64,000 nucleotides of DNA from an uncultured bacterium (GTDB lineage: Bacteria > Oederibacteriota > Oederibacteriia > Oederibacteriales > Oederibacteriaceae): contig OZ218778.1 of NCBI GenBank assembly GCA_965112635.1, forward strand, positions 1,312,001 to 1,376,000, written 5' to 3'. A model generated the notes under the pieces. That model searched no databases and was not told the DNA's origin. It saw nothing but the letters and a program-made list of their open reading frames with translations. Position numbers and translations under genes: made by a program. This document shows positions 18,288 to 28,249 of this stretch, piece after piece. Numbering within the stretch: the stretch's first letter is position 1; every line of letters begins with the position of its first letter.

Positions 18288-19289
18288 ATTTTTATTGCTG
18301 ATAAAAGGTTAAAAAAGCTTATTCAAAATTTCAAAAGGACCAAAATCCTGGTCATTGGCGACCTGATGCTTGATGAATATCTCTGGGGGTCAGTTTCCAG
18401 GATCTCTCCCGAAGCCCCCATTCCCATCGTTAAGCTCAACAGCGAAGATTACCGGCCCGGAGGCGCCTCCAATGTAGCGAGCAATATCGTGGCCCTAGGC
18501 GGAGAGGCCTTTTTGGCCGGTGTCATAGGCAGGGATGCGGCCGGTGAAAAACTACTTTCCGACTTACGGGCCAAAGGGATCCATACCCAAGGGGTGCTGG
18601 AAGAAGAATACCCTACGATAGTCAAAACCAGGGTTATCGCACAGCACCAGCAGATGCTCCGTATCGACCGGGAAAGACCGACGGTCATGCCTCAGGGTGT
18701 TGGGGGCAAGATCGTGGCTGTTCTGGAGACCATGGCAGCCAATATCCAAGGGGTTGTACTCTCCGATTACGGGAAGGGGATGCTCACGGCAGGGCTTGTC
18801 AGCGCGATCATGAGAATAGCTCACAGGCACGGGATTTTCGTGGCTGCGGACCCCAAACCCTCCAACTTTCCTTTTTTTAAAAAGGTAGACCTTGTTTCGC
18901 CCAACCAGATGGAAGCCGAACTGGCGACTGGTGTCAAGATCGTCGATCAGGAGAGCCTGGTCAGGGCGGGACGCAGGATCCTGAGCAAATTCCACTGTCG
19001 CGCGGCTTTGATCACGCGCGGAGACGCAGGGATGTTCTTGTATGAGGGGAAAAGCCCGGGCATGGCTTTCCCGGCCCTGGCCAAAGAGGTCTATGACGTG
19101 ACCGGTGCCGGTGACACGGTCATCGCCGTGCTGACGTTGGCCAAAGCGGCTGGGGCGAGTTTGAAAGAGGCCGTATTGATTTCCAATTACGCGGCGGGCA
19201 TTGTAGTCGGAGAGATCGGCGCGGCTACCGTCAAAGCGGAGCAGCTGGAAGAGGTCATTCGGCAGGCGATGCGGCGAGGAAAGAGATAG
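18288..19289 (+). CDS. rfaE1: D-beta-D-heptose 7-phosphate kinase (HldE/RfaE domain I), probable ATT start
   Basis: ILVIGDLMLD, RISPEAP, GGASNVA, SDYGKG, DVTGAGDTV; conserved N-terminal strand lies upstream of ATG 18366; GGGAGG 6 nt before ATT 18288. Confidence 0.88.
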   Translation: MFIADKRLKKLIQNFKRTKILVIGDLMLDEYLWGSVSRISPEAPIPIVKLNSEDYRPGGASNVASNIVALGGEAFLAGVIGRDAAGEKLLSDLRAKGIHTQGVLEEEYPTIVKTRVIAQHQQMLRIDRERPTVMPQGVGGKIVAVLETMAANIQGVVLSDYGKGMLTAGLVSAIMRIAHRHGIFVAADPKPSNFPFFKKVDLVSPNQMEAELATGVKIVDQESLVRAGRRILSKFHCRAALITRGDAGMFLYEGKSPGMAFPALAKEVYDVTGAGDTVIAVLTLAKAAGASLKEAVLISNYAAGIVVGEIGAATVKAEQLEEVIRQAMRRGKR

Positions 19290-19778
19290 ATGTCCTTAAA
19301 TGCCGCAGACAAGATCAAGGGCCTGGCGAGCCTAAAAAAAATAGTCCAGACCGCGCAAAAAAAGAAAAAAACCATCGTCTTCACCAATGGCTGTTTTGAC
19401 ATCATCCATCTTGGCCATGTGCGTTACTTGGAAAAAGCAAAACAGCAGGGTGATCTGCTAGTCGTAGGCGTCAACGCGGATTCGTCCATCAGGAAACTAA
19501 AAGGCCCCGGCCGACCTTTGATGCCCGAAAGGGACCGCGCTGAAATTTTAGCGGCTTTGGCTTGCGTAGATTGGGTCGTCCTCTTTAAAGAGGATACTCC
19601 GCATCGGCTGCTCCGTGCTCTCAAGCCGGACATTCTCGTCAAAGGCGGGGATTATGCCACTATCAAGAAGATCGTTGGCTACGAGGTTGTCCTGGGTTAT
19701 GGCGGTAAGGTGAAACCTCTAACCTTTTTAAAAGGTAGGAATAGTTCGGCGTTGATTGAGAAGGTCAAGCGTTTGTAA
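19290..19778 (+). CDS. rfaE2: D-beta-D-heptose 1-phosphate adenylyltransferase (HldE/RfaE domain II)
   Basis: FTNGCFDIIHLGHVRYL, KGPGRP, VKGGDY. Confidence 0.92.
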   Translation: MSLNAADKIKGLASLKKIVQTAQKKKKTIVFTNGCFDIIHLGHVRYLEKAKQQGDLLVVGVNADSSIRKLKGPGRPLMPERDRAEILAALACVDWVVLFKEDTPHRLLRALKPDILVKGGDYATIKKIVGYEVVLGYGGKVKPLTFLKGRNSSALIEKVKRL

Positions 19779-19797
19779 TTTTTGCGGGGAGTATAAC

Positions 19798-20529
19798 GTG
19801 AAAGTTCTCGGGGTCATCCCTTCCAGATATGGAGCGGTACGTTTTCCCGGCAAGCCGTTAATAGACCTTAACGGGAAGACCATGATCCAAAGGGTCTGGG
19901 AGCAGGCCAAGGGATCTAAAAGCCTGAGCGAAGTCGTGGTGGCGACCGATGACCAAAGGATCATGGAGGTGGTCCGAGGTTTTGGCGGTCAAGGAGTGTT
20001 GACCGATCCCAAGCTTGCGAGCGGGACAGACCGTGTGGCCCAGGCTGCTGCGGGTTTTAGCTGTGAACTCGTCGTCAATATCCAGGGTGACGAGCCGCTG
20101 CTCCCCTCAGCCATGATCGATGAAGTAGTGAGACCATTTACGACGGACCCTGGTTTAGTGATGGGGAGTCTGCGGACCAAGCTCATTAAAAAGGACGATT
20201 ACGCCTTGCCGCAAGTGGTCAAGGTCGTTGTCGATAAGAATGATTTTGCCCTTTATTTTTCAAGGTCTTTGGTTCCCTATCCACGGGCAGGAGAGCCCCT
20301 TGTTTATAAGCATGTAGGACTGTATGCTTATCGGAGTGAGTTCTTGAAAAGCTTCGCCAAACTCAGCCCGAGTCCATTGGAAAAAGCCGAAGGTTTGGAA
20401 CAATTGCGGGTTTTGGAAAACGGGTTCCGTATTAAGGTTCCTGAAACCCAATGGGATTCGTTCGGGGTGGACACCCCCGAGGATGCAGAAAAGGTCAGGA
20501 GTATTTTAAAACAAACAAAACAATCGTAA
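19798..20529 (+). CDS. kdsB: CMP-Kdo synthetase
   Basis: [38 protein letters not shown]; GGGGAG RBS then GTG. Confidence 0.93.
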   Translation: MKVLGVIPSRYGAVRFPGKPLIDLNGKTMIQRVWEQAKGSKSLSEVVVATDDQRIMEVVRGFGGQGVLTDPKLASGTDRVAQAAAGFSCELVVNIQGDEPLLPSAMIDEVVRPFTTDPGLVMGSLRTKLIKKDDYALPQVVKVVVDKNDFALYFSRSLVPYPRAGEPLVYKHVGLYAYRSEFLKSFAKLSPSPLEKAEGLEQLRVLENGFRIKVPETQWDSFGVDTPEDAEKVRSILKQTKQS

Positions 20530-20563
20530 TCAAAGCAAGATTTGTTGCGGACGAGGTGAGATT

Positions 20564-22240
20564 ATGAGTGAGCAGAAACCAAAGAAATTCATCTTTATCA
20601 CTGGTGGTGTGATGTCGTCCATCGGCAAAGGAATCGCCGGAGCTTCTATCGGCTGTCTTTTAGAAAGCCGCGGGTTAAAAATCACCCAGCAGAAATTGGA
20701 CCCCTATATCAATGTCGACCCTGGGACCATGAGCCCCTACCAGCACGGAGAGGTCTATGTGACCGATGATGGCGCTGAAACCGATCTAGACCTTGGGCAT
20801 TACGAACGGTTCACGCACAGCCATCTGACCAAAAACAGCAATGCCACGACCGGAAAAATCTATTATTCGGTCATCCAGCGTGAGCGGCGGGGCGACTATC
20901 TGGGAAGCACTGTCCAGGTGATCCCCCATATCACGGACGAAATCAAATCCAAGATCAAGGCTGTTGCTGACGAGAGCGATTCTGATGTAGTGATCGTGGA
21001 GATCGGAGGCACGGTCGGCGATATCGAAAGCTTGCCATTCCTAGAGGCAATCAGGCAGTTCCCCACGGATGCCGGCAAAGGGAATGTTTTATTTGTGCAC
21101 CTCACCCTTGTTCCCGCGATGAGTATTTCCGGAGAACTGAAAACAAAACCCACGCAACACAGCGTCAGCGAACTCAGGAAAGTCGGGATCCAGCCGGATA
21201 TTTTGCTCTGCCGTTCGATCAATGAATTAAACCAGGAAGTCAAAAGCAAGATCGCCTTGTTCTGTAATGTGTCCAAAGAAGCTGTCATTTCCGCCAAAGA
21301 CACCAGCCCTATTTACAACATCCCCTTGCTGTTCAAAAAGGAAGGCCTGGATGACATTATCGTGCGAATGCTGAATCTCAAAACGCCAGCGGCGGACTTG
21401 CGTAGCTGGGAGGCGATGGTAGAAAAGATCAGGCACCCAAAGCATGAGGTTACGATCGCCGTGGTCGGCAAATATGTCCAGTTGAGGCACGCTTACGAAA
21501 GCATCATCGAGTCCTTTACCCATGCTGGGGTCGCCAACGATTCTTTTGTCAAGCTCCACTGGGTAGACGCTGAAAATATCGAAAAAGAAGGGGCGGAAAA
21601 GTACTTGTCCGTGGCCAGCGGAATCCTGGTTCCGGGTGGATTTGGGCACCGTGGCATCGAGGGAAAGGTCATGGCCATCCGGTACGCCAGAGAAAATAAG
21701 ATTCCCTTCTTCGGGATTTGCCTGGGAATGCAATGTGCGGTGATTGAATTTGCCAGGAACGTCTTGAATTTAAACAAAGCTAATAGCAGCGAGTTCAACC
21801 CGGAGACGCCAAACCCGGTCATTCATCTTTTGCCTTCTCAGGAAGGGGTTACGGACATGGGAGGCACCATGAGGCTGGGGGCCTATCCCTGTCATATTGC
21901 CAAGGGAAGCAGAGCCTATGAAGTTTATCAGGCGGAGAATGTTTCGGAGCGACACCGTCACCGCTATGAATTCAATATGGATTACCGGGATCAGTTCGTT
22001 TCTCAAGGTATGAATCTAAGCGGTTTATCCCCGGACCAAAGACTGGTGGAGATCGTGGAGATCCCGGACCATCCCTGGTTCGTGGCCTGCCAATTCCATC
22101 CTGAATTTAAATCCAGGCCCTTAAAAGCCCATCCACTTTTCCGGGGGCTGGTAAAGCACGCATTAGACTACGCCGCCTCCAAAGCCAATATGAAAACCCC
22201 GGCCAAAGACATGTCCCTGAGCAAGGAAGAAGTCCGTTGA
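20564..22240 (+). CDS. pyrG: CTP synthase
   Basis: [44 protein letters not shown]. Confidence 0.97.
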   Translation: MSEQKPKKFIFITGGVMSSIGKGIAGASIGCLLESRGLKITQQKLDPYINVDPGTMSPYQHGEVYVTDDGAETDLDLGHYERFTHSHLTKNSNATTGKIYYSVIQRERRGDYLGSTVQVIPHITDEIKSKIKAVADESDSDVVIVEIGGTVGDIESLPFLEAIRQFPTDAGKGNVLFVHLTLVPAMSISGELKTKPTQHSVSELRKVGIQPDILLCRSINELNQEVKSKIALFCNVSKEAVISAKDTSPIYNIPLLFKKEGLDDIIVRMLNLKTPAADLRSWEAMVEKIRHPKHEVTIAVVGKYVQLRHAYESIIESFTHAGVANDSFVKLHWVDAENIEKEGAEKYLSVASGILVPGGFGHRGIEGKVMAIRYARENKIPFFGICLGMQCAVIEFARNVLNLNKANSSEFNPETPNPVIHLLPSQEGVTDMGGTMRLGAYPCHIAKGSRAYEVYQAENVSERHRHRYEFNMDYRDQFVSQGMNLSGLSPDQRLVEIVEIPDHPWFVACQFHPEFKSRPLKAHPLFRGLVKHALDYAASKANMKTPAKDMSLSKEEVR

Positions 22241-23484
22241 CCATGGAGAAAATCATGCAGGTAGGGTCAATCAAAATAGGGAGGGGTTTGCCGTTTGTTT
22301 TTATAGCCGGCCCGTGCGTCATCGAGAGCGAAAAGCTTTGCATGCAAACCGCCGAGTTCTTGAGCAAACTGACGCGGGAGCTGGATATCCCTTTTGTGTT
22401 TAAATCCTCTTATGATAAAGCCAACCGATCATCTATAAAGAGTTTCCGCGGACCAGGATACCAGGAAGGCCTGAAAATATTAGAGAAAGTCAGGAAAGCA
22501 TTCAAGGTTCCCGTGCTCACTGATATCCATAGCGTGATGGAAGCAGAGGCCGCGGCCCGCAGCGTGGATTGCCTGCAGATCCCAGCATTTCTAAGCAGAC
22601 AAACGGACCTGATCGTGGCAGCGGCGAGGACTGGCCTGCCGGTCAACATCAAGAAGGCCCAATTCATGAGCCCGTGGGACATGAAAAATGTCGTGGATAA
22701 ATTTCTTTCCACTGGAAACGATAAAGTCCTCCTGACAGAACGGGGCACGTGCTTTGGCTATAATAATCTGGTGGTGGATTTCAGGTCTATCGTTGTCATG
22801 AAAAGATTTGGATACCCGGTCATTTTTGACGCGAGCCATAGCGTGCAGCTTCCCGGCGGAGCAGGGGACTCCTCAAGCGGAGACAGGCAATTTATCTTCC
22901 CCCTCGCTAAAGCAGCCGTTTCGCTGGGGGTCGATGGTTTGTTTATGGAAGTGCATCCTGACCCTGACAAGGCCCTTTCCGATGGACCTAACATGCTGGC
23001 ACTCTCGGAATTAAAGGATGTACTGGCCCATTTAAAGGCCATTGACCAGGCCGTGAAAGGTCATCTAGAGAACCAGGGGAGTAAAAAAAAACTAAAGATC
23101 TTCATTGATGGGGGTTCGCGGGGCAATCCCGGCAAGGCGGCCATCGGAGTCTATGTCACTAGCGAAGATGGCCAAGTCCTGGCAGCAGTCGGCCAGACTA
23201 TCGGGGTGACGACCAACAATGTCGCCGAATATAAAGCGCTCCTCTGCGCTCTACAAAAGGCTGAGACCCTAGGCGGTCACCATCTGGCCATTTTTTCGGA
23301 CAGTGAGTTGCTGGTCAAACAGTGCTCGGGAGAATATAAGGTCAAAGATGCCCGATTGAAGGGGTTGTCCACGGAAGTAAAAGAAATGAGGGCGAGGTTT
23401 AGCGAGGTTGTCCTCAAGCATATTCCCAGAGAGAAGAACGAAGTGGCCGATGAGCTGGTGAACAAAGCTCTAGACAAGGGATAA
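22237..23484 (+). CDS. kdsA: Fusion: Kdo-8-phosphate synthase (metal-dependent type) + RNase HI-like domain
   Basis: [35 protein letters not shown]; C-terminal [29 protein letters not shown]. Confidence 0.92.
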   Translation: MTMEKIMQVGSIKIGRGLPFVFIAGPCVIESEKLCMQTAEFLSKLTRELDIPFVFKSSYDKANRSSIKSFRGPGYQEGLKILEKVRKAFKVPVLTDIHSVMEAEAAARSVDCLQIPAFLSRQTDLIVAAARTGLPVNIKKAQFMSPWDMKNVVDKFLSTGNDKVLLTERGTCFGYNNLVVDFRSIVVMKRFGYPVIFDASHSVQLPGGAGDSSSGDRQFIFPLAKAAVSLGVDGLFMEVHPDPDKALSDGPNMLALSELKDVLAHLKAIDQAVKGHLENQGSKKKLKIFIDGGSRGNPGKAAIGVYVTSEDGQVLAAVGQTIGVTTNNVAEYKALLCALQKAETLGGHHLAIFSDSELLVKQCSGEYKVKDARLKGLSTEVKEMRARFSEVVLKHIPREKNEVADELVNKALDKG

Positions 23485-23515
23485 TCCCCCACAAAGATTA
23501 TAAAGGAGGTTAATT

Positions 23516-23845
23516 GTGCAAGTTCTTGTTGGAGTTTTTGTGTTATTCGCCTTAGGGGCTCTTTATGGCATGTTCCGTTACGGAGGGTGGAATTTTTCCA
23601 TCCATTCGGCTAATGTCGTTTTTATTTATATCTTTCTGCTTTGTTCCGTGACAGCCTTGTGGTCTTGGATCGCCTGGAAAGATATGGAGCAAGAAGAAGA
23701 TGGGAAAGGAACAGGTTCCACCTGGTTGTCCCAAGGGAAACAGGTAGTTCGGAGGATGAGCAGTGTTGCCGCCAAGAAAAGGCAGGCGCAAAGACCCCAA
23801 AAAGGTAGTAAATCTAAGGGTAATATAAGAAGAAAACGCTCGTAA
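23516..23845 (+). CDS. Small membrane protein (2 TM helices, basic tail), unknown function
   Basis: AAGGAGG RBS then GTG; two hydrophobic stretches; K/R-rich C-terminus. Confidence 0.55.
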   Translation: MQVLVGVFVLFALGALYGMFRYGGWNFSIHSANVVFIYIFLLCSVTALWSWIAWKDMEQEEDGKGTGSTWLSQGKQVVRRMSSVAAKKRQAQRPQKGSKSKGNIRRKRS

Positions 23846-23930
23846 ATTCATTTATAATTAGCCATTAAATTGATCCATGTTTGGGAGGAAATGGTCCGGA
23901 AAATAAAATTAAGGTTTGTGGATCCGACCT

Positions 23931-24288
23931 AAAGTAGGTCAGATAACCGCTGCTGAGAAATCAGGAGAGGAAAGTCCGAACTCATTGGGCAGGGTGCCTC
24001 GTAACGCGAGGTCTTGGCGACAAGAAGGAAAGTGCCACAGAAAATATACCGCCTCTTTCGGGAGGTAAGGGTGAAAAGGTGAGGTAAGAGCTCACCGCTT
24101 AGATGGCAACATCAAGGCAGGGCAAACCCCACTTTGAGCAAGACCAAATAGGAGGAAAATAAGGAGCCCACCTTTTCCTCGGGTTGGTCGCTTGAGGTTC
24201 CGTGCGAACGGAATCCTAGAGAAATGGTTATCCTCTGGTTGTGACGAAAGTTAAAGCCAGGGACAGAATTCGGCTTATGACCTACTTT
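23931..24288 (+). ncRNA. rnpB: RNase P RNA (bacterial type A)
   Basis: GAGGAAAGTCCGAACTC, GAAAGTGCCACAGAAAA, GGCAAACCCC, ACAGAATTCGGCTTA; P1 CCTAAAGTAGGTCA / TGACCTACTTTAGG. Confidence 0.96.
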
Positions 24289-24321
24289 AGGTTTTTTATT
24301 TTGCAAAGAGAAGGAGAGAGC

Positions 24322-26046
24322 TTGCAAAGGTTCCTCATAGGAGTAGTGGTCTTTGTTCTTCTGATGGGAATCGCCGTGGCCTTAGCCATGGTCCTGCCGT
24401 GGATGTCGCTGGTCCTTTGTGCTGCTGTGGGTGTCGCCCTGATCAAATTTCAGAACCCCAGATCGTTCTTTCTAGCCCTTCGTCCCATACAAGAATATCT
24501 ACTGCTTCTGGCGGTTTTGATCGTAGGGTATTGGGTTTGGCTGAAGATTTTTTTGGCTAGCAACACAGGATATGCTTTCCCTATAGTCTTGGCCAGCCTC
24601 CTGGTCCCTGTGGCTTTTTATTTTGTCCTGAGAAATTTCCTAGGATCCTTGCTGAGCCACTTTGTCCTAGCGGTATTTTTTATGCTTCTCTGCATGTCTT
24701 CACTGACCCCTGTGGACCTGACCCAACTGTTCTTTATTGTTATGGGATTCTATTTCCTTGGGAAGGCCTTGTTAAATCTGAACCGTACAGCTTTCATTTT
24801 GCTGGGTATATGTCTGGTTGCCCTCTTGTTCCTTCACAATTACATCGCCTGTATTTTATTTATCCTTTGCTTGCTCAATAAGGCTTTGGCCCGAAAAAGA
24901 ACATTTGCTGCCCTGTCGGTCCGAATGTTAAAGAATAAATGGTCTTATATTGTGACCATAGCCATCTTGCTGGGGTATATATTTTTCGGGGCCAGGATGA
25001 TCGTGCCTCAGAGCACGACCAATCCTTTCCCGGACAACCTGGTCGCCGTCCTATTTTGGGCTGGATTATTTTTTGCCGCCCTCCATTGGTATAACAGTCC
25101 GAAAGTTGATCCAAATCTTTCCAAAACCGATTTGCTATCCCTTAGCTTATTTTGGTTCCTTCTGGTCGGTCTCAGCATGAAGAACTATGCGACCTCCCAG
25201 ATATTTTTTAATAGCTTTCCAGTTCTATCGCTGCCTTTTGTCGCCATCATCCTTGGCATATTTTTAGAGAGGGTTTTGATGTCGTTTCTAAAAAGGTTCC
25301 CGCTCCCTTACCTGCGAACCAGCGTTCTGTTCTTTGTTTTGTGTTTAGCTGGGATCCTAGTGTTCCATTACCTCTCCTTGCGGCCAAAAAAGCCCGCTCC
25401 GGAAAATAATGGAGTGTATAGCGAAGAGACCTATCAAGGAGCCACCTCGGTCACGGAAGTTATTCCAACCCCGTTTCCTCCCGTACCAAGAGTTTATCCG
25501 ACGAAGAGACATAATATAAAATTCGCCGCAATCCATCATCATGCTGTTCGCAGGCATTTCAATCATCATAGAAATAAGACGAAGGAAGTCCCCGCAGACA
25601 ACATGGCAGGCATTCCTGTTCCCGCAGAGTTAAAAGATTTTGCTGGGTTAAATTTCAAATTTGTCGATACAGATGGCAAAGAAAAGGCAGCGCAGGTGAC
25701 CACGAATTTTGACCTAGGTGCTGTTGAGGCCATGGGGGAGGATAGTGGCCAGGCCAGTTGGAAGGGTTTTTTCTATGCTCCTTATTCAGGTTCCTATACT
25801 TTTGCGGTCCAGACAAATCAGAGGTTAAAGCTGATTTTGGATGATAGTGAAATCATCTCGAAGACAGATGATTCAGCGGAGCAAAGGACTTATTCAAAGC
25901 AACTCAGGAGGGGGGTCTATTCGATAGGTTTGCAAATGAAGTATAAACAACAAACAATTTTGTTGGTTTTATGGGGCAAAGATATTGACCATTTACAAGA
26001 AATTTCCTCTCCATTTTTATACCATAAGGCTGTTCCGGTAAAATAA
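24322..26046 (+). CDS. Polytopic membrane protein with a C-terminal PA14-like domain
   Basis: About 12 hydrophobic helices, a P/T-rich linker, then SWKGFFYAPYSGSYTFAV...LRRGVYSI; AAGGAG RBS then TTG. Confidence 0.65.
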   Translation: MQRFLIGVVVFVLLMGIAVALAMVLPWMSLVLCAAVGVALIKFQNPRSFFLALRPIQEYLLLLAVLIVGYWVWLKIFLASNTGYAFPIVLASLLVPVAFYFVLRNFLGSLLSHFVLAVFFMLLCMSSLTPVDLTQLFFIVMGFYFLGKALLNLNRTAFILLGICLVALLFLHNYIACILFILCLLNKALARKRTFAALSVRMLKNKWSYIVTIAILLGYIFFGARMIVPQSTTNPFPDNLVAVLFWAGLFFAALHWYNSPKVDPNLSKTDLLSLSLFWFLLVGLSMKNYATSQIFFNSFPVLSLPFVAIILGIFLERVLMSFLKRFPLPYLRTSVLFFVLCLAGILVFHYLSLRPKKPAPENNGVYSEETYQGATSVTEVIPTPFPPVPRVYPTKRHNIKFAAIHHHAVRRHFNHHRNKTKEVPADNMAGIPVPAELKDFAGLNFKFVDTDGKEKAAQVTTNFDLGAVEAMGEDSGQASWKGFFYAPYSGSYTFAVQTNQRLKLILDDSEIISKTDDSAEQRTYSKQLRRGVYSIGLQMKYKQQTILLVLWGKDIDHLQEISSPFLYHKAVPVK

Positions 26047-26176
26047 TCCCCTTTTTTCTTTCAATTCCTGGGTTTTTTAATGTTTCCCTGCCTAAAAGTG
26101 TTGAAAATAAAATAATTAACCGCTGTTTTTATTTAATAACACTTCCCTCTATTTTCTAATAAACCTTGTCCTAATA

Positions 26177-26250
26177 TTGACTAAAAAACAGCCAAGTGGT
26201 AGCATTTGGTTTGATGTGGTTTTAAGTGGTGGCAAATGGAGGAAAGTAGC
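26177..26250 (+). promoter_or_regulatory. dcw promoter with MraZ-binding repeats
   Basis: TTGACT 26177-26182, 17 bp spacer, TAGCAT 26200-26205; GTGGT-like pentamers every 10 bp from 26196 to 26250. Confidence 0.75.
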
Positions 26251-26283
26251 TCCAAGCATCCTTAAAGTCAAGGGAGAATTATT

Positions 26284-26730
26284 TTGTTTACAGGGGAATA
26301 TCAGCACAAATTGGACAACAAGGGCAGGGTCATTTTGCCCAAAAAACTGAGGCATGACCCTGAACCTATACAGGCTTTCATGCTGACAGTCAGCTTAGAC
26401 AACTGCATTGCCGCCTATACCATGGAGGCCTGGGATAACTTTACCCATGGGATGGAACCTGCCCCATGGGAGGATAAAAGCGTCAGAGCTTATAAAAGGC
26501 TCATTTTTGCCAATGCCGTCCTATCTGAACCTGACCGCCAAGGCAGGATTTTTTTACCGCTTAATCTTCGGAGTTACGCCCAGATCCAAAAAGAGATCGT
26601 TATAGCCGGTGCAGGCAATCACATCGAGATCTGGGATAAGCGCTTATGGGAAGAATACGACCATAATTCCGAGCAAGAGTTCGTTGAGCACGCCGGTAAA
26701 ATCCCCAGTTACGGGAAAAAAGAGAAGTAA
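26284..26730 (+). CDS. mraZ: Transcriptional regulator MraZ
   Basis: MFTGEYQHKLDNKGRV, DRQGRI, IEIWD. Confidence 0.93.
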   Translation: MFTGEYQHKLDNKGRVILPKKLRHDPEPIQAFMLTVSLDNCIAAYTMEAWDNFTHGMEPAPWEDKSVRAYKRLIFANAVLSEPDRQGRIFLPLNLRSYAQIQKEIVIAGAGNHIEIWDKRLWEEYDHNSEQEFVEHAGKIPSYGKKEK

Positions 26731-26831
26731 CGAAGAAGGGTTTTCGTGGTCAAACAGCTATCCATAAATTTTATTTTTTTTCCAGCGGCCTATAAGGTGG
26801 CCGGCGCTCTATTTTCCATAAAGGCGGCCGC

Positions 26832-27809
26832 ATGAAACAGGCTCATCAGCCTGTTTTGGTCAAAGAAATCTTGCAATGGCTCTTTCCACCCCTCGAATGG
26901 ATCACCCAGAAAAAGCAGATCAGAATCGTTGACGCCACTGTAGGCGCGGGAGGGCACGCCCAGGCGCTTTTGACTCAAATCAATCGTTTGAAGGGACGAG
27001 TCAATCTTTTAGGCCTGGACCAGGATCAATCGATCCTGAAGATAGCCTCCCAAAAACTTAGGCAATTTAAAAAACAGGTCAGGCTTGTGCAGGCGAACTT
27101 CACGGGTCTGCTTGAAGTTTTAAAAAAAGAACATTTTTCGCCTGTGCATTATTTTTTGTTTGATCTGGGGGTTTCTTCCCATCAGTTGGATCAGCCGTCG
27201 AGAGGATTTAGCTTTCAGCAAGAAGGGCCGCTGGACATGCGCATGAACATTTCCAATCTTATCAGCGCCGACCGGGTCATTAATCAATACCCAGAGAATG
27301 ATCTTGCCGAATGTTTTTTCCAGTATGGAGAAGAAAAAAAATCACGCCAAATAGCCAGGGCCATCGTAAGAGCCAGGCAGAAAAAACCCATCCAGACAAC
27401 CACCGAACTGGCCCAGATTGTTTCTTCCGTAGTTGCCAGGGGCCGCCACTGGCCAATCCATCCTGCCACCAAGGTTTTCCAAGCGGTGCGCATCCTGGTC
27501 AATGACGAGCTCCAGGCACTTCGGGAAGGGTTGAAGCAGGCGGTCACTCACCTGGCGCCTCGTGGCCGCATCGCGGTCATCTCTTTCCATTCCCTGGAAG
27601 ACAGGATCACCAAAAGATTTTTTTTGGAACACTCTAAGCCCCTTCTTTGGGAGCCGATAGCCGGGGCGGAAAGCCGGACGGAGGCTAAGGAAGGCCAGAG
27701 CCCCCTTTTAAAAATTCTGACCAAAAAGCCAATCGTACCCCAACCTGACGAGGTTTTGCAAAACCTGCGGTCAAGAAGCGCGAAATTAAGAGTCGCGGAG
27801 GCGCTATGA
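26832..27809 (+). CDS. rsmH: 16S rRNA m4C1402 methyltransferase
   Basis: HQPVL, DATVGAGGH, DLGVSS, PLDMRM, ISFHSLEDR, RSRSAKLR. Confidence 0.95.
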   Translation: MKQAHQPVLVKEILQWLFPPLEWITQKKQIRIVDATVGAGGHAQALLTQINRLKGRVNLLGLDQDQSILKIASQKLRQFKKQVRLVQANFTGLLEVLKKEHFSPVHYFLFDLGVSSHQLDQPSRGFSFQQEGPLDMRMNISNLISADRVINQYPENDLAECFFQYGEEKKSRQIARAIVRARQKKPIQTTTELAQIVSSVVARGRHWPIHPATKVFQAVRILVNDELQALREGLKQAVTHLAPRGRIAVISFHSLEDRITKRFFLEHSKPLLWEPIAGAESRTEAKEGQSPLLKILTKKPIVPQPDEVLQNLRSRSAKLRVAEAL

Positions 27810-28246
27810 AATTTTTGACCCAATCGTATTTGCTCAATCTGACCTTGAAAGAAAAAAGAGTGGGCGGACAAGTAAAGTCCTTGACCGTTTTCACCTATTT
27901 GAGGATCGCGGTGGTCATTGTTTTTTTTATCATGGGATATGTCTGGGTGCATCTCCAGGTCATCAAGACCGCTTATGAAGTGGCGAAGTTAAGGGACCAG
28001 CGGGAACGGCTGATCAACCAAAAACAACACCTGGAGGTCGAGTTGATGTCCCTGGCCTCCTTCAAACAGGTCGGAACCCGTGGAAGCAGTAACTTGGGAC
28101 TGGTCGTGCCGTCCAAAGACCGTGTCATTTTCGTCGTATCCAGCACCAAGACGAACTCCTTGGTGGATTCGCTGGCCGATAAAGCAAATTTATTTAAGGC
28201 CACTCAACCTCACCGCGAGGGAGAGTTGGTCAAACAAGGGGAGTGA
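27806..28246 (+). CDS. ftsL: Cell division protein FtsL-like
   Basis: One TM helix followed by a leucine coiled coil; position between rsmH and the PBP. Confidence 0.7.
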   Translation: MKFLTQSYLLNLTLKEKRVGGQVKSLTVFTYLRIAVVIVFFIMGYVWVHLQVIKTAYEVAKLRDQRERLINQKQHLEVELMSLASFKQVGTRGSSNLGLVVPSKDRVIFVVSSTKTNSLVDSLADKANLFKATQPHREGELVKQGE

Positions 28247-28249
28247 CCG

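Noticed and set aside
19798-23080. pyrG inserted between kdsB and kdsA as a novelty
   Set aside because: kdsB-pyrG-kdsA linkage is a known arrangement, since CTP feeds CMP-Kdo synthesis
23883-23932. 13-codon ORF MVRKIKLRFVDPT upstream of rnpB
   Set aside because: GGGAGG is only 2 nt from the ATG, and the region fits the rnpB promoter (TTGGGA-17-TAAAAT)
24112-24327. Minus-strand ORF 24112-24327 and the 24241 start of the membrane protein
   Set aside because: They overlap RNase P RNA; the RBS supports TTG 24322
26191-26250. 10-bp periodic repeats as a CRISPR or iteron array
   Set aside because: Units are 5-bp boxes with no spacers or cas genes; explained by MraZ binding
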